A DNA stretch of 64,000 nt from Auanema rhodensis (lineage: Eukaryota; Animalia; Nematoda). The stretch lies in the NCBI GenBank assembly GCA_964057225.1, contig OZ059894.1, positions 5,642,001 through 5,706,000 of the forward strand. Reading direction: 5' to 3'. The notes below the pieces were generated by a model. That model ran no database searches. It saw nothing but the letters and a program-made list of their open reading frames with translations, and had not been told where the DNA came from. Of the stretch, positions 40,020-52,463 are shown one piece after another; position 1 is the first letter of the stretch; every line of letters starts with the position of its first letter. The position numbers and the translations under genes are program-made.

Positions 40020-41744
40020 TTAAAATTCATTGGTTGATTGTAGATATTCCCAAAGATTTGATGACCTCTTGTTGTAATAAGGTATTTCGTAGAACCTGAA
40101 AGATAAAAAGTATTCTAACTTTTACAAATAAAAAGCTTCATTATGCAAATAAAGTGAATGACAATTTTTTCTTTATTTTGAATGTCCTTTATGTGTTACA
40201 TACTTGGCTGAATAGAGTTCATTCATTTCTCATATTTTCCTTACACTTCTTTTAAGATTTCTTTGTAAACCTATTTTGGAGCAAAAATATAAATTTTTCA
40301 TAAAATTGGATGTACTACATCATTTTTGAACTCTGTATTAAAATATTTAAACGTTCAATGCTAGAATAAAAAAAATAGTAAATATGTAACCTGCTCATGT
40401 AATCTGGTTTCCATGATCCTGCAAATGCTCGGCCTCCGCCTCGTCGTTCAACGCTGAAAAGAATTTAATTTCATTACTTTGAATTATATATGTATTTTTA
40501 TATTTTTATTTGTATTTCAACAACTTTTAATCAAAGCAATACCGTGGTCCGTATGCATAAGAATTCCAATATGGAGCAAACGATCGTCCTCCTCCTCTTT
40601 TCTCATAGAAATAGTACGGAGAAACTCCTAATGCTGAAACAATAACAGATAGGAGAAATATTTGAATAATATTTATAACATGCTATTTATTAAAAAAAAG
40701 GCTCAAAGAATCAAAAACTACCAACCACTGATTCTTTTGTTTCCTGGGGAATCGTAGAATCCATAAAATGGCCTAGCGCCTCCTCGCTTATCAACACTAC
40801 AAAGTCAGAAAAAGTTGATTAATTGGATAAAATTTTTATAAATTTCATATGAGTATGATTAGTTCATTAACTGGGCTGAAGTCTTTTTTTATTTTTAATA
40901 CAAATTCTCTATTCATATCTATATCAGATAGTTTATTTTATATTTCAGCTTCGTATCAAGATGATTCTTTATATGTTTAAGTGGAACCCTTAACCCAAAT
41001 CGAATTTTAGAAGAAAATGCTCGTAATTGGAGATGATGCAAAAGGAAAATGAAGGACATAAGTACTTATTGAAGTTGCATAGAGTTAAAAGGTTGGCAGA
41101 CAGCTTATTCATGTTATTCTATATTTGACAGTATACTATTTTCAGCTTTTTCCAAATAGTATAGACATGTATAGATTGGAAGATTTGATAAAATTATTTA
41201 AGTATATTATAGGCAAAACAAGTTGACTACTGGAACTAACTATATTTTTTATTTATCTACTTACTTGACGCTATCATCCACTGTCGTTGAATCACTGCCC
41301 ATGGCCATGCCTAAAAAAGTTAATAACTCTAAACAAATTTTGAATCAAATTCAAGCGTCAATGCCAAATTTTGTCACGTTCGCATTAGAGCCGAAAAGAG
41401 TTCTTAAACTTTCCAATAGCAAAACGAATCTTGCAAACAATTTTTCTTGTTTCACTAAGTTTTAAACTAGTTGAAAAGAATTCATTCACAAGTTTAGACA
41501 TCAACGATTTTTGTCTTTTTCAGCCGGAAGATGTAGTGACGCAATACTCTTCTTTATCTTCCGCTTCCAGCTTTCTGCGTTTTCTTGTCTTCTAGAAGAT
41601 CAGTCCTCCAGCAAGAAAAACAGTCATAGAAGATAATTCAATACCCGGTTTGTTGTTGATTTTGCAAGAAAATATAATTTGTAACTTACCAATCGCAATA
41701 GATACTGATAAAATGAACACTGTTAATTGTGTTTGTAACTTCAT
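40020..41744 (-). CDS. nlp-9: Neuropeptide-like precursor NLP-9 (GGARAF family), 6 coding exons
   Basis: Signal peptide MKLQTQLTVFILSVSIAIGMAMG. Peptides GGARPFYGFYDSPGN, GGGRSFAPYWNSYAYGPRVE and GGGRAFAGSWKPDYMSRFYEIPYYN lie between KR/RR sites. They match C. elegans NLP-9 GGARAFYGFY.. and GGGRAFAGSW... Confidence 0.95.
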
Positions 41745-44700
41745 ACTTTGCTATACCCTTAAAAACTAAATAAATAATAGAAGCTTAAAGTTCAATACAG
41801 GTAAAACATAAGAGAAATATATTGAAGAAAAATGTGTAATGTGAAAGAAGAATGATTTTTAAAATTGTTTACAAAGCATATAAATAAAACTCATAAAGTC
41901 AGCTTTCTTACGTAATGAAGAAAACGAAGCTACAGTATATTAGTATTAGTAAAACAGACATAATTTAATTTAATAAGTTGAATAAATAGCAGTATAAAGG
42001 CATAATTCATGTTTTATAAATTGCTCAGTTTGAATTAGTTGAATACTTGAAGAAATATACGATAGAGTAGGAAATCTTCACAGGAATGAAGTAAGTCCAT
42101 GTGCTGAATAAGTCTAGTTTTCAGAATATATCCCTTTCGTTGTTCTTTCTCTCCGATTCTCTGATATACTCTGTATGCATTCTTTTTCTTCAGTATTCTC
42201 TTTCCCTCTTATCTCTTTAAGCGTTTCGTTTTGGCAAACGAAGACAAACCATAACCTCTAGGGAATCTTTTCCTTTTATCGGTCATATTTTCTCTTGCTC
42301 CGATCTGTTTTCTTTTAGCTCATAAGATGAGAGAAATGTTAAGCAAGAAACAAAAAGTTGGTATATGTTCCACTGAACTCTGCTTTATCGCTTGAAGATG
42401 TCTTGAAGCTAAGAAGAAAACAATATAAATCATAGGCTTTAGAATTAAATTGCATTCATTACTACGTTAACATTCTACATTCAAATCTTAAGAAGTGAAT
42501 TTATAAATCATGATAAGCTAATCAGATACTTTAGCTGTTTGATGCAAAATAGGAAAAATAAAGTTTAACAGTTTTTGCATTATGAAGTTTATATAATTCA
42601 CATAATCTTTTCAGGAATAGTCAAAACCTGGAAAACAATGCAAAGAGAATAAAAATAATACAATAATTATATCGATGTTGAAAATTAAAAGCGGTACAAG
42701 AAAAGAATAGAATAGTAAATTGAGAAGAAATGTAAAAAAATGCAAATTTTATACCTTTTCCTAAAGCTTTTAGATCAAAAACATAGAAAAACATTTCCCC
42801 ATAAGAACTACCATTTTGGAAAATGCAGCAGACTACGACTGTTTCAAGTTTTTAAACATAGAAAGTGAAAAATGAGCCTCAGAAAGAAAGGTTTCTTGAT
42901 GGATCCGACCATCGGGCATCTGATTTCGTTAGATAGGCCCGCCCGATTTGGCACCCAATGAACTGCCTTCTTTCAATGGAAGAGTTGCTCACAAGACCAT
43001 TGTGAAATTGATGAAATGAGAAGAGCATATGAGTATGACAGGAAAACGATTTTTGGATATTCACGCGTTTAAGGAAAGACTAATTAAACGAACAGAAGCG
43101 ATGAGGAAGAGTGTAACGGACATGTCAAATCAGAATAGTTTGCAAAACTATTTGATACAAAAATCTCTAATAGTGTAGTGTGAGGATATGCTGTAATTGG
43201 CATCATGATGTTTGCAGAAACTTAAATGTAGAAAAGTCCAACGACTTTTATATTTTAAAAGGTGATGACCAGTTAGAGGGAAATGTCAATGAAAACTGAT
43301 ATTTAGTAGTATATTAGCCAACGAGAAGTGGGCTCACATTTCTCATTTTCGTTATTCCGGAGGTCTACAATATTTAAAGATTGTGAAAATTCAATAAAAA
43401 AAGACTTTTTAGACAGATAGACTTGTATCAGGAAGCATCGAACATTCGGATATAAGGAGTAGCATATCGAATGCCACAAACATCAGTCATAATTTCTGTA
43501 ATTCTCCCCCCTGATGCACAAAGACTTTGTTTTGAAAAAAAATTGCTGAAAAACGATAGTACAAATGTTTTTGAACTTTCTAATGTTCTTAAAATTGACA
43601 GCGATGTCTGTATATGCTTGACATATGAAGATAATTACAAAATATACATACATTCAGATGTTTCAGAAAAAGAAAATGTGGTAATGTTGCAAACAATTAG
43701 TTAGACGATTAAAAAAAAATTTTTGCAATTATTTTTAGATACATTTGGAAATATATATATAGACGAGGAAATGTGCGAATTTTTTCATTACTTTTGTGTG
43801 AATCTGTTTTCTTTTACATTGCATAACTATATTAGAGAGCTTTTCATTACGATTATTCTGGGTATATGACTTTTTCAAATAAAAATAAAAAACTTTTTGA
43901 CTTATTCACAGAATATTAAAGTCATTAAATTGGAATTAATTTCAATCATGTTGAGCAGTAGAAGATTTGGAAAAATCTAAAGCTATTGCATTGACATTAT
44001 CATGATTGAGCAGATATAGAAAAAAATGAAAAGGAATTAAGAAAGTGAGTGTAGGGTTCACATGAATATTCAATTAAATTCAAAAGAGTTGTATAAGTTC
44101 TAACGGAAAAACTTAGATTCAAGAAATAAAAAATGACGTTATATATATATATATATATGCTATGTTATAAGAATAGAAATACAGTAAAAAAATAATAACA
44201 AAAAGAAGAAAATCTTTAAGGAGTATTAGGCTTGTTGCTAAATACCGCGCAAAACATGCATAAATCCAAATAGAAATATTTGTATGATTTGGATTAACAA
44301 AAATCAGAAATCTCAAATTTTCTGATTAACAGATGTATTGAGAACATGTAGCATAAGAACCAGATTTCTATTATTAATATTATGCAATTTACTTTATTTG
44401 CTCCAACTAAGTGTTATTTTTCGCATTATCCCACACATCGAAGAAAAAACATTTGGGCATCATAGCTCAGTATTCTTTGGGAAAAAGATAATAATAAAGT
44501 TAACTCAACTCATTGATCAACTTTGCTCTCTCTTCTTGTAATTTTCACAATGTTATTGCAAATATTAGAACTACTGTTTAGTAAAGTTCTAGTTTCAAAT
44601 GATCTATCTGTTTTAGGCGTTAAATCTCAGGAGCAAACTCCCGAATAAGCGTATGTATGTATGCTCGCAAAATAATGCCATTGTCTTTTCAAAGCAAATC

Positions 44701-47700
44701 CAATCAGCTGAGAAAGCGAAAAATTTCTTTTCAAGCATTAATTAACTCTCACAATAAATCTTATAAGTCTTCTATCTACGGATAAGCCAGATTTTTAACA
44801 GATAATCTAAGTTTCAGCCTTGAATTTGTTTCAGATTTAATTTTGTTCTGGCATCATTTTCACATAGGCCACACGAACGGATTTCTCTTTCTTCTTTGTT
44901 TTTAAAGGAAATAGGAAGTTCGTTTCTAGTTAAAGAAATCATCGTTATAGGGGCAGTTAGTGTAAAAATGAAATATATTATTAAAGATGATTTAATGGGG
45001 CACAAATAGAATGATGTACACACGTGAATATTAGTGACATTTAATGGGTAAAAATAAGATATAATATAGAAGGTATATGAGTTACAAGCACACCATATAT
45101 GAATGACAACTATAAAATATACCAAATTATATAGTTTGACATATTCATAAGAGAAAAGTAATAAATCAACTCAAATATAGTTTTCAACTGATTTGCTAAA
45201 TGTTCCGACATTTCTTCGGAGACCTTTTTTTCGTATGAAGCTTAGAGAGAGTCATTGTCTTTGTGCACTTCGAGCATAAAAGAAAGTGATATTAGTCAAC
45301 AAACTTGGAATACTCTTGCTATACCTTTTGAATAATTTATATTACGAGTTCGGCGTCTATTTTTTCTGTGGAAGGATGTGCTATATGTACATACTTCATG
45401 CACCTTTCCAAATGAAAAACGATATTAAGAAAAGATATGAATTCATTTTACAGAAAATCAAAAGGATACAGATTGATGAAGTATATAACTCTAAAGATAA
45501 TTTATAAAGTTTTGCTATCTAAAAAAATAGTTCTCAAATATCGTTTGTGTGAATGTTCTCACGTGAAATAACAGAAAAAATAATATTATGAAAATGTAGA
45601 AAAGTTTTTCGTCTTCTTTGCTACTACTTCTTGAAAAAAATACGGAAATACTTTTTGAAGTATCAAGCCAGAACGTTGTTAGTTGTCGATAAAGCAATCT
45701 GTATGCGAGACGATAATTGTTATTGTTCAGTTATTTAAGAATTATTACGATATTCCAAAAAACGAAAAGAAAAGAAAGATTGGAAAACGAATTAGAACTG
45801 GATAACTACTGGACACAATCTAATTTCAAATTGTAACCAAGGCACTTTGCCATAACATTCATTCATCACACACTCACATCATCATCATAAGCGTTTTGAC
45901 GGAATATCCGAAAAAACTAGCAATAGCTCTTCAACATCACTGACATAAGCTATATTAGATATTACTCATACTTTAAAAAAAAGCATTGAACGAAAAAAAA
46001 CTTGAGAATTTAGGCAGCTTAACATTAGTATCACAAGGAAAAGTTCAAGAAAATAAATGGAATAAGCTTGAAGTAGAATGATAGTTCTTTTGAAGTTGTT
46101 TTGCAATCTTGAAAATTTCAAATTCGAACAGATTCTGGAATATACGCACATGTACGTCATGAAATTACATTATATATATATATATTATATATATATGTAT
46201 ATACATATATGGTAACGATATCGAAAAAAGAAGCAACAATACGAATTTGAAAGGCCTTAACACACTATATATAGAAAATCTTTGAGAATAAAAAAGCGAA
46301 ATTTGTTGAAGTCCAGCTCGAAGCTCCTGCTCGTCAGACAGTTGATATCAGGCACTCAAATTTGATTTAGACGGCAGGAAAATTTTATACTATTTCTGAG
46401 AAAGCGCTGCTTCTTCAAGTAAACCAGACAAGTGACATCATCAATTTATTTTTATATGGTCTAATGATTACAACTATATACGTTAGAAGGCTGTGAATAA
46501 CATAAAAATGTTAACTGTTCATAGTTCCTAACAACAAAAATAGGAAGGAGGGGGGGTTAGAAAAGGAGAAACTTCATACATTATCTAAACAGTTAGTAAC
46601 GTCAAACTACAAATTTGCAAAATAGCAATTAAAAGAAGAATAATTTTAAAAAACTAGTTTGTTTAAAAAACATGCTCCGAGAAGCCAAGAATATTACAAA
46701 GATCAAAAGAGCATATTACATACAACTTTCAGATTGTTTCAGCGACGTGAAGAAGCATGTTTGTTCACGTCAGCGTAAACTTCATTAGCATATCAAGTTA
46801 GGCGTCAAAACTTCATTTTGATTTGTAAAAAGGACAGAAAATGTTGCATTCAGAGTAACAATAAAATAAATTATTATAATCTTATTAAATTATCACATTT
46901 TTTTAATATTAACATTCATTTGTTGTGAAAAAGAGTAAATATAAAATAAATAAATTACTTTACAGATATAAATATTTTACATCAATTGATATTTGGAAGG
47001 GAGTCAATTGAAAAGCATCTGGGTGTTGTTGTGGAAATCAGACACACTAGTGTGGAAAAAGAACATTAGACTTAACAGCTCAGAAAAACTCTACTTTCCT
47101 TATTAAATTTGACTACTGCTTCCAATCTTGATCTTGAAATCAAATTACGTTGTCACTTCCAACTAAACGAAGAAATCAAAATGTTCATCCTCATGGGTTT
47201 TGGTTCTGGTAAATCAACTCAACCCACATAAACCTCACTACATTTCAGTAAACAATTCTAGGATATCCAGAATAATCCAATTTCCAAACCTAAATAGTTC
47301 TCTTCAATGTTCTTTCGATCATCACTGAGATATGTTGAAGATCTCTGGTGCTTTACACTATGATAGACAGAACTATTGATTTAAGAATCTGGTTGACGTC
47401 ACTTTCCGTATGCCCAAGAGGACCACATATTATCAGTTCATGCAGTGTACCTCAGCATTTAATCTTTCTAGTCTCTCATCAATGCCTTCTCGTCTAGGAA
47501 GAGTTTCCAAATATTTCTCAACTCTCATAAGAAACATCTTGAAAACAAAATCCATACAAACATTTTATTGAAAATGATTACAACTATACTAGAATGAGAA
47601 AAATTGAGCATAACTACTGAAACAATATAGAATTAAAAAAAAGAAATATACAAAACAATACAATTCGGTATCTACATCTATACTCTGTACAATAAGTTGA

Positions 47701-47707
47701 GAATCCA

Positions 47708-47806
47708 GTCTCGGTTCCTACACGGACACTGGTCGCTCACCTGAAGAAATTTCAAATTAAACTGAATACAAAAGGTTACAGAGGGAAAACGAGTAGGAAC
47801 CGAGAC
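47708..47806. repeat. 14-bp perfect inverted repeat (17/19 extended) linking the last intron and last exon of the OPA3-like gene
   Basis: gtctcggttcctac at 47708-47721 is the exact reverse complement of gtaggaaccgagac at 47793-47806. Confidence 0.95.
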
Positions 47807-48964
47807 AGCCATTTCAAAACAAACAAAAGTTATCTACAAAACCTGTGAGTTTATGAATTTAAAACAGTCTAGAGCATATATGGCAAACAGAGTATCATTC
47901 CTAAGAGGTGGATAACAAGTGAGGGAATATGGCACATCCATTTGAAATCACAGCGAGGAAGCTTGTGCAAGAGTTAGAAAATTTTACATTAGTCATCATA
48001 TTAGCCACTCCACCGACCAAACACAGACAAGACAAAACTTTCAGCTAAACCAATAACCCCCGGTCTGGGAAGTTCATACAAAAATTCTTTTTTTCGGAAG
48101 CGCAATGTTTTTCCACGCTCATGAAATGCTCCAGCCTCTTCAATACCGATTGATGACCCACTTCGAACAACCAAAAATTCCTCATTACCTAAGAGAAATT
48201 CATATTCGCTATCAATATAAGAAGCCCTCCAAAAGCAAAGCAGAAAAACACAAGGGAAAAAATTCGAAGATGGAAAAAATTCAACTAACCCTCTAGAACC
48301 ACTTTAGCAGCATCGTCAATAGGAAGCGAAGATACTCTGGCGAAGTTTGCACGTTTACTGCTGGTACCCGCATCAGGTTCATCAGGTTTAGACATATTCT
48401 AAACATAATTCATGGAATACATATGCGAACTAATATTACAGTAGCAAGTACATTGTCATTCAAATGACTTTCTAATATTTTCACCCGTTCTTGCAATTCA
48501 GCAATAGCATCTCCATACTCCTGCTTGATCTTATGAAATTCTTCTGCTTTGATAGATTCGGGAGCATTCCAATTTGTATAGAAATAATACCCGCAAAAAA
48601 CTCCTAGAGAATATGTAAATAGCACAGTTTGTTGCACAAAATCAGACGCCTGAAATCTCGAAATATAGCGCGCAGACACCATAAAATAAAACCTGCTCCA
48701 ATGCAGCAGCTTCCGACACTTGTACGGGCACAGTTGGAGCTCCTAATCCCAAGTTTTTCATTCGCAACCTCGTTGTAAAACGAGCTATCCCTCTACCGAC
48801 AGGAATAAGAATTTTATTCCGAAAAGTTGGATGATTTTTTCCATATTGCAATACTGCGTCAGCTACAGGCTTCGATATCTGGATACCGATATTAAATAGG
48901 TGGAAAATAGAATAATTACCTGACGAGCAGCAATGAGGAAGACTTGAATCATGGGGAAACCCAT
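47718..48964 (-). CDS. OPA3-like mitochondrial protein with alternative terminal exons (stop at 47718 or 48001)
   Basis: MGFPMIQVFLIAARQ|ISKPVADAVLQYGKNHPTFRNKILIPVG..VSEAAALEQ|ASDFVQQTVLFTYS..coiled coil AIAELQERVKILE fits the OPA3 family pattern (RQISKP.A..K.HP.FR). Further exon NMSKPDEP..KVVLE. Confidence 0.88.
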
Positions 48965-49222
48965 GATTAAGCGCTCGATTAGTCTTACGAGGCGCCAAAA
49001 AATATATTATTTAAGAAACGTATGCAAAACAATTCAACTAAGGAGGTATGAAACGGTTAAATAACCTCAAAATGGATAGATACATATAGATATATATCAA
49101 TATGTTTTATACTGTGGAAGCAAAAAGTAACAACAGTTGTGAAACCAAGTACAAAATCGAATCAACAACGAAGCAATAACAATAAACAAAACAAACTCAA
49201 CAGATTTCAACAACTGATTTAC

Positions 49223-50796
49223 CTATACGACATTCAACGCATTATAAATTTGTTCCTTGAGGGAACGGCATTTACTTTCCATTACCTTAACAATTTCTCA
49301 GTTAACGTTCTAATTCGAATATAATCTTTACCTTGCAAGCTTCACTTACGAGTTCATGGGACTTTAATGCTCCTGTAGATTCCACACTAACTAAAAAAAA
49401 AGGATTATTGTATAATACTTAAGTCATTTGTTACAAATAAAGTGATGCTTCTTCTTCCCTAAAACAACAAAAGGTGCAAGATCTTCATGTCGGAAAATAT
49501 TACGACTGCAGGTGTCAATACGAGCATCAACAACGGATGCAATAGATTTGCCTGTTAAATAAAACCAAACTTATGAAAGTTTAAAATAAATAAAAACCAT
49601 TTTTCTGAATAAGCTGGACAACACCTTCAGCAAAAGAACTCTTAACTCTTTCGGCATCCTCATTCTCAAAATCTTTTAAGAATTTTATGGTAGGTAGCAG
49701 CCTTTAATAAACAATACGAATTCTATCAATAATTGAATTACCAATAATACCTGTAACTGGCGGTAGCAACTGGGCTAAATTTTGCATGATCTCTACCAAT
49801 CCCCTTAACAGCGTGACAACTGGCTTCAATCTCTTGACCAGGACGTAATTTAGCTACTAGAATGTTATCATTCACCATTCGGGGTGGCTTATCCACATAT
49901 TCGCTAGCCTGATGCAACAATTAGAGATATACTACATAAATAATAATATAATAAAATTACCTGCTCGCCACATGGTTTCCATTCAAACGAATTAGAGTAG
50001 ACAGAACTGCTGTGATAAAGCTGAATAGGTTCAGTAGCGGTAGATGGAGCATTTTTGTTTCTTTTACAAAGAACGTGAATTTTGAAAACCAAATTTCTAG
50101 ATGAATCAGGTGTAGGTTCTTCATCACAATCCACTCCATTTTCATTTATTCCAACAACCTACAATATACCTAAAGGGTAAGTCAAACAAAAGTAATTCAG
50201 ACCTTTTCTAGAGGAAATTCAAAATTTCTGGGATCAGCAAAAAGAGGTAAGAGACCAATACGGTGGCACAAAACTTCGTCCTAAGAGTAAATCTATTTGA
50301 ATATTTGAATAAGATTTTTACCTGAATAACAGAGGTATTTTGATACAAATATATTTTTTCAATAGCCATGGTTGGAACCTGAAGTGTATAACAGTACATT
50401 AATTTCTGTAGCCAAACTAACCTCAGCAATAAGAATACGTCTCAAAGCATTAGCTATGGGGGCCTCAACATTTATTAAATCAAACTCGAGGATCATTCCA
50501 TCCTCGTTTTCATTTATTATATCGATCTGAATACAAACTTGTATATAAAAAAAAACTTAGTGCTTACCGTAATTTTTTCCAAGTATTCTGGTAAGTTTAA
50601 CTTGACCGTTTGAGAAGAATAATCTGAAGCAGCATCGTACGTCTAAATGTAATATAACACTAATATATCAGTATTCCTAGATAAGATATACATTAAGAAC
50701 TCTCTCATCTTCCATCCGTATTTCATCATCAGCAACGTGGGATGTATCTACTTCTTTTTTAACATTTTGAGCATTAGTACTTCTACTTCGGGCCAT
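49223..50796 (-). CDS. rpac-40: RNA polymerase I/III subunit RPAC1/AC40 (POLR1C), ~11 exons
   Basis: [22 protein letters not shown]|[19 protein letters not shown]|[50 protein letters not shown]|[12 protein letters not shown]. Confidence 0.97.
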
Positions 50797-51099
50797 GACC
50801 TAAACGATACGCTTACAAAGACAAGAAACGAGAACTGAAATAGAAATGAGGATTTAACCTCTCTTATCAATTTAAATTTCAAAATTCATGATATCAGTAA
50901 AATTATAGTGAAACCCAACAAATAAAACAACATTAAATCTAACAGTGGAATGTCCTTCCGCTTTAAGCTTAAAATCCAAATGGTAAAATAAATTATAAGT
51001 ATGTGTACATAGTAAATGTATTCAAAGACCCAAATGAAAACAATTATAAAGCTGAATAATGGTAAGACTATATCAACCCATTGAAAGATATGATAACAG

Positions 51100-52463
51100 T
51101 TATTTATCTTCTTTTTCTGACCAAAGTCCTATAGTATATCTAAACCAAATCAAAACGAGGTCTCTTCCCATTTGAAGCCAAGACCAGATTGGAACAACCT
51201 TTGATCCTTCCTTTTCTTCCCAAGTAACAGATATCTAAATAATATAAAATAATTAAAGCATTAAAATTCACAGAACTAACCTCTTTGATTGACATATTCC
51301 ATTTTTCAGCAAGATACAAAAGTTCAACATCGAAAGCCCATCGCTCGATATGCATCACAGGGAAAAGCTCAAAACGATTGGTAAATAGAAATAGAAAAGC
51401 TAACTCACTCTAGAAGCCGCTGCTCTGGTGAACATTTTGAAGCCACATTGAGTGTCTCTAATTGTACGAACAGTGAAAATGTAGACAATAAAGTGAAATC
51501 CATGCATTAGAATTGTTCGGAAAATGGATCGAGTAGCTCTTGCTTCTGTTTCCAAATGTGCCCTATGAATTGAAATACTTTTAACTCTATTCAACAAACA
51601 ATTACCTGGAGCCAATAACAATGCCTGGGAAAGTAATATCTAGATCACCTCCGCAATTACGAATCATCTCTTTTTCCAACTTTTCGATATCAGAAAATTT
51701 AGAAGCTCCATCAGCATCAGCGAACAAAATTAAACCTCCCCCACTGTGTAATACACCAACACGAACAGCACCACCTATAAGGATTTCAGATTTTTATAAC
51801 AGGGCTATAAAAGTGAAACCTTTTCCACGGTTTTCTTTCAATTTCAGTACTTTCACAGTTTTAAAACGGTTTCCGTAATTATGCCCTACAACAGCAGTTT
51901 TGTCTTGGCTTCCATCATCAACAATTATAACCTACAGATACGATTAGAGCTCACATTAATACACAATAGACATACCTCATATGTAAATTTTCCGTCGTTC
52001 CTGGCCCTGTTTTCGCAATATTCAATACATTCATCAAGCATATCAGGCAAACGTTCCTACAATACCAAGAGGTGGATAATCATAAAGGTAACAAACAAAA
52101 AATAACCTCTTCGTTCATAGCAGGAACAATGACTGATAGATAAACGGAAGGCTTAGTAAACCTAGGACGTTCTGTCGGATCTTCACGAAGTAGACATGGA
52201 AATCTAAGACGTATTGAGTTAAAAAGAAATATATTAAGTTCAATTACTCTTCATTAGTTCCAAAGGAATATTCAGTTTTCAAAAACTCCGACCGTTTCCT
52301 TTGAACCCATGGTGTAATAAGAGATAATCTATTAAATAAATTTATAAACAGTAAAAAAACTTTCCACCTACATACTAATACCAGTTATAACTATGCTGAC
52401 TAATAAAAACACTCCTATGCAAATATGAGAGAATGTAAAAAGCTCAATTACCGCATTCCACAT
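51100..52463 (-). CDS. algn-5: Dolichyl-phosphate beta-glucosyltransferase ALG5 (GT2)
   Basis: N-terminal TM; [78 protein letters not shown]. Confidence 0.97.

Noticed and set aside
41500-41600. Possible cassette exon in nlp-9 intron 1
   Set aside because: In-phase reading hits a stop (EDKKTQKAGSGR*); more likely intronic regulatory DNA.
523-41744. Receptor-ligand cluster (FRPR-like GPCR with nlp-13/nlp-9)
   Set aside because: Four unrelated genes intervene and nothing in the sequence links these non-RFamide peptides to this receptor.
43262-43299. Box C (GTGATGA) and box D (CTGA) pair
   Set aside because: Only 38 nt long with no terminal stem; too short for a C/D snoRNA.
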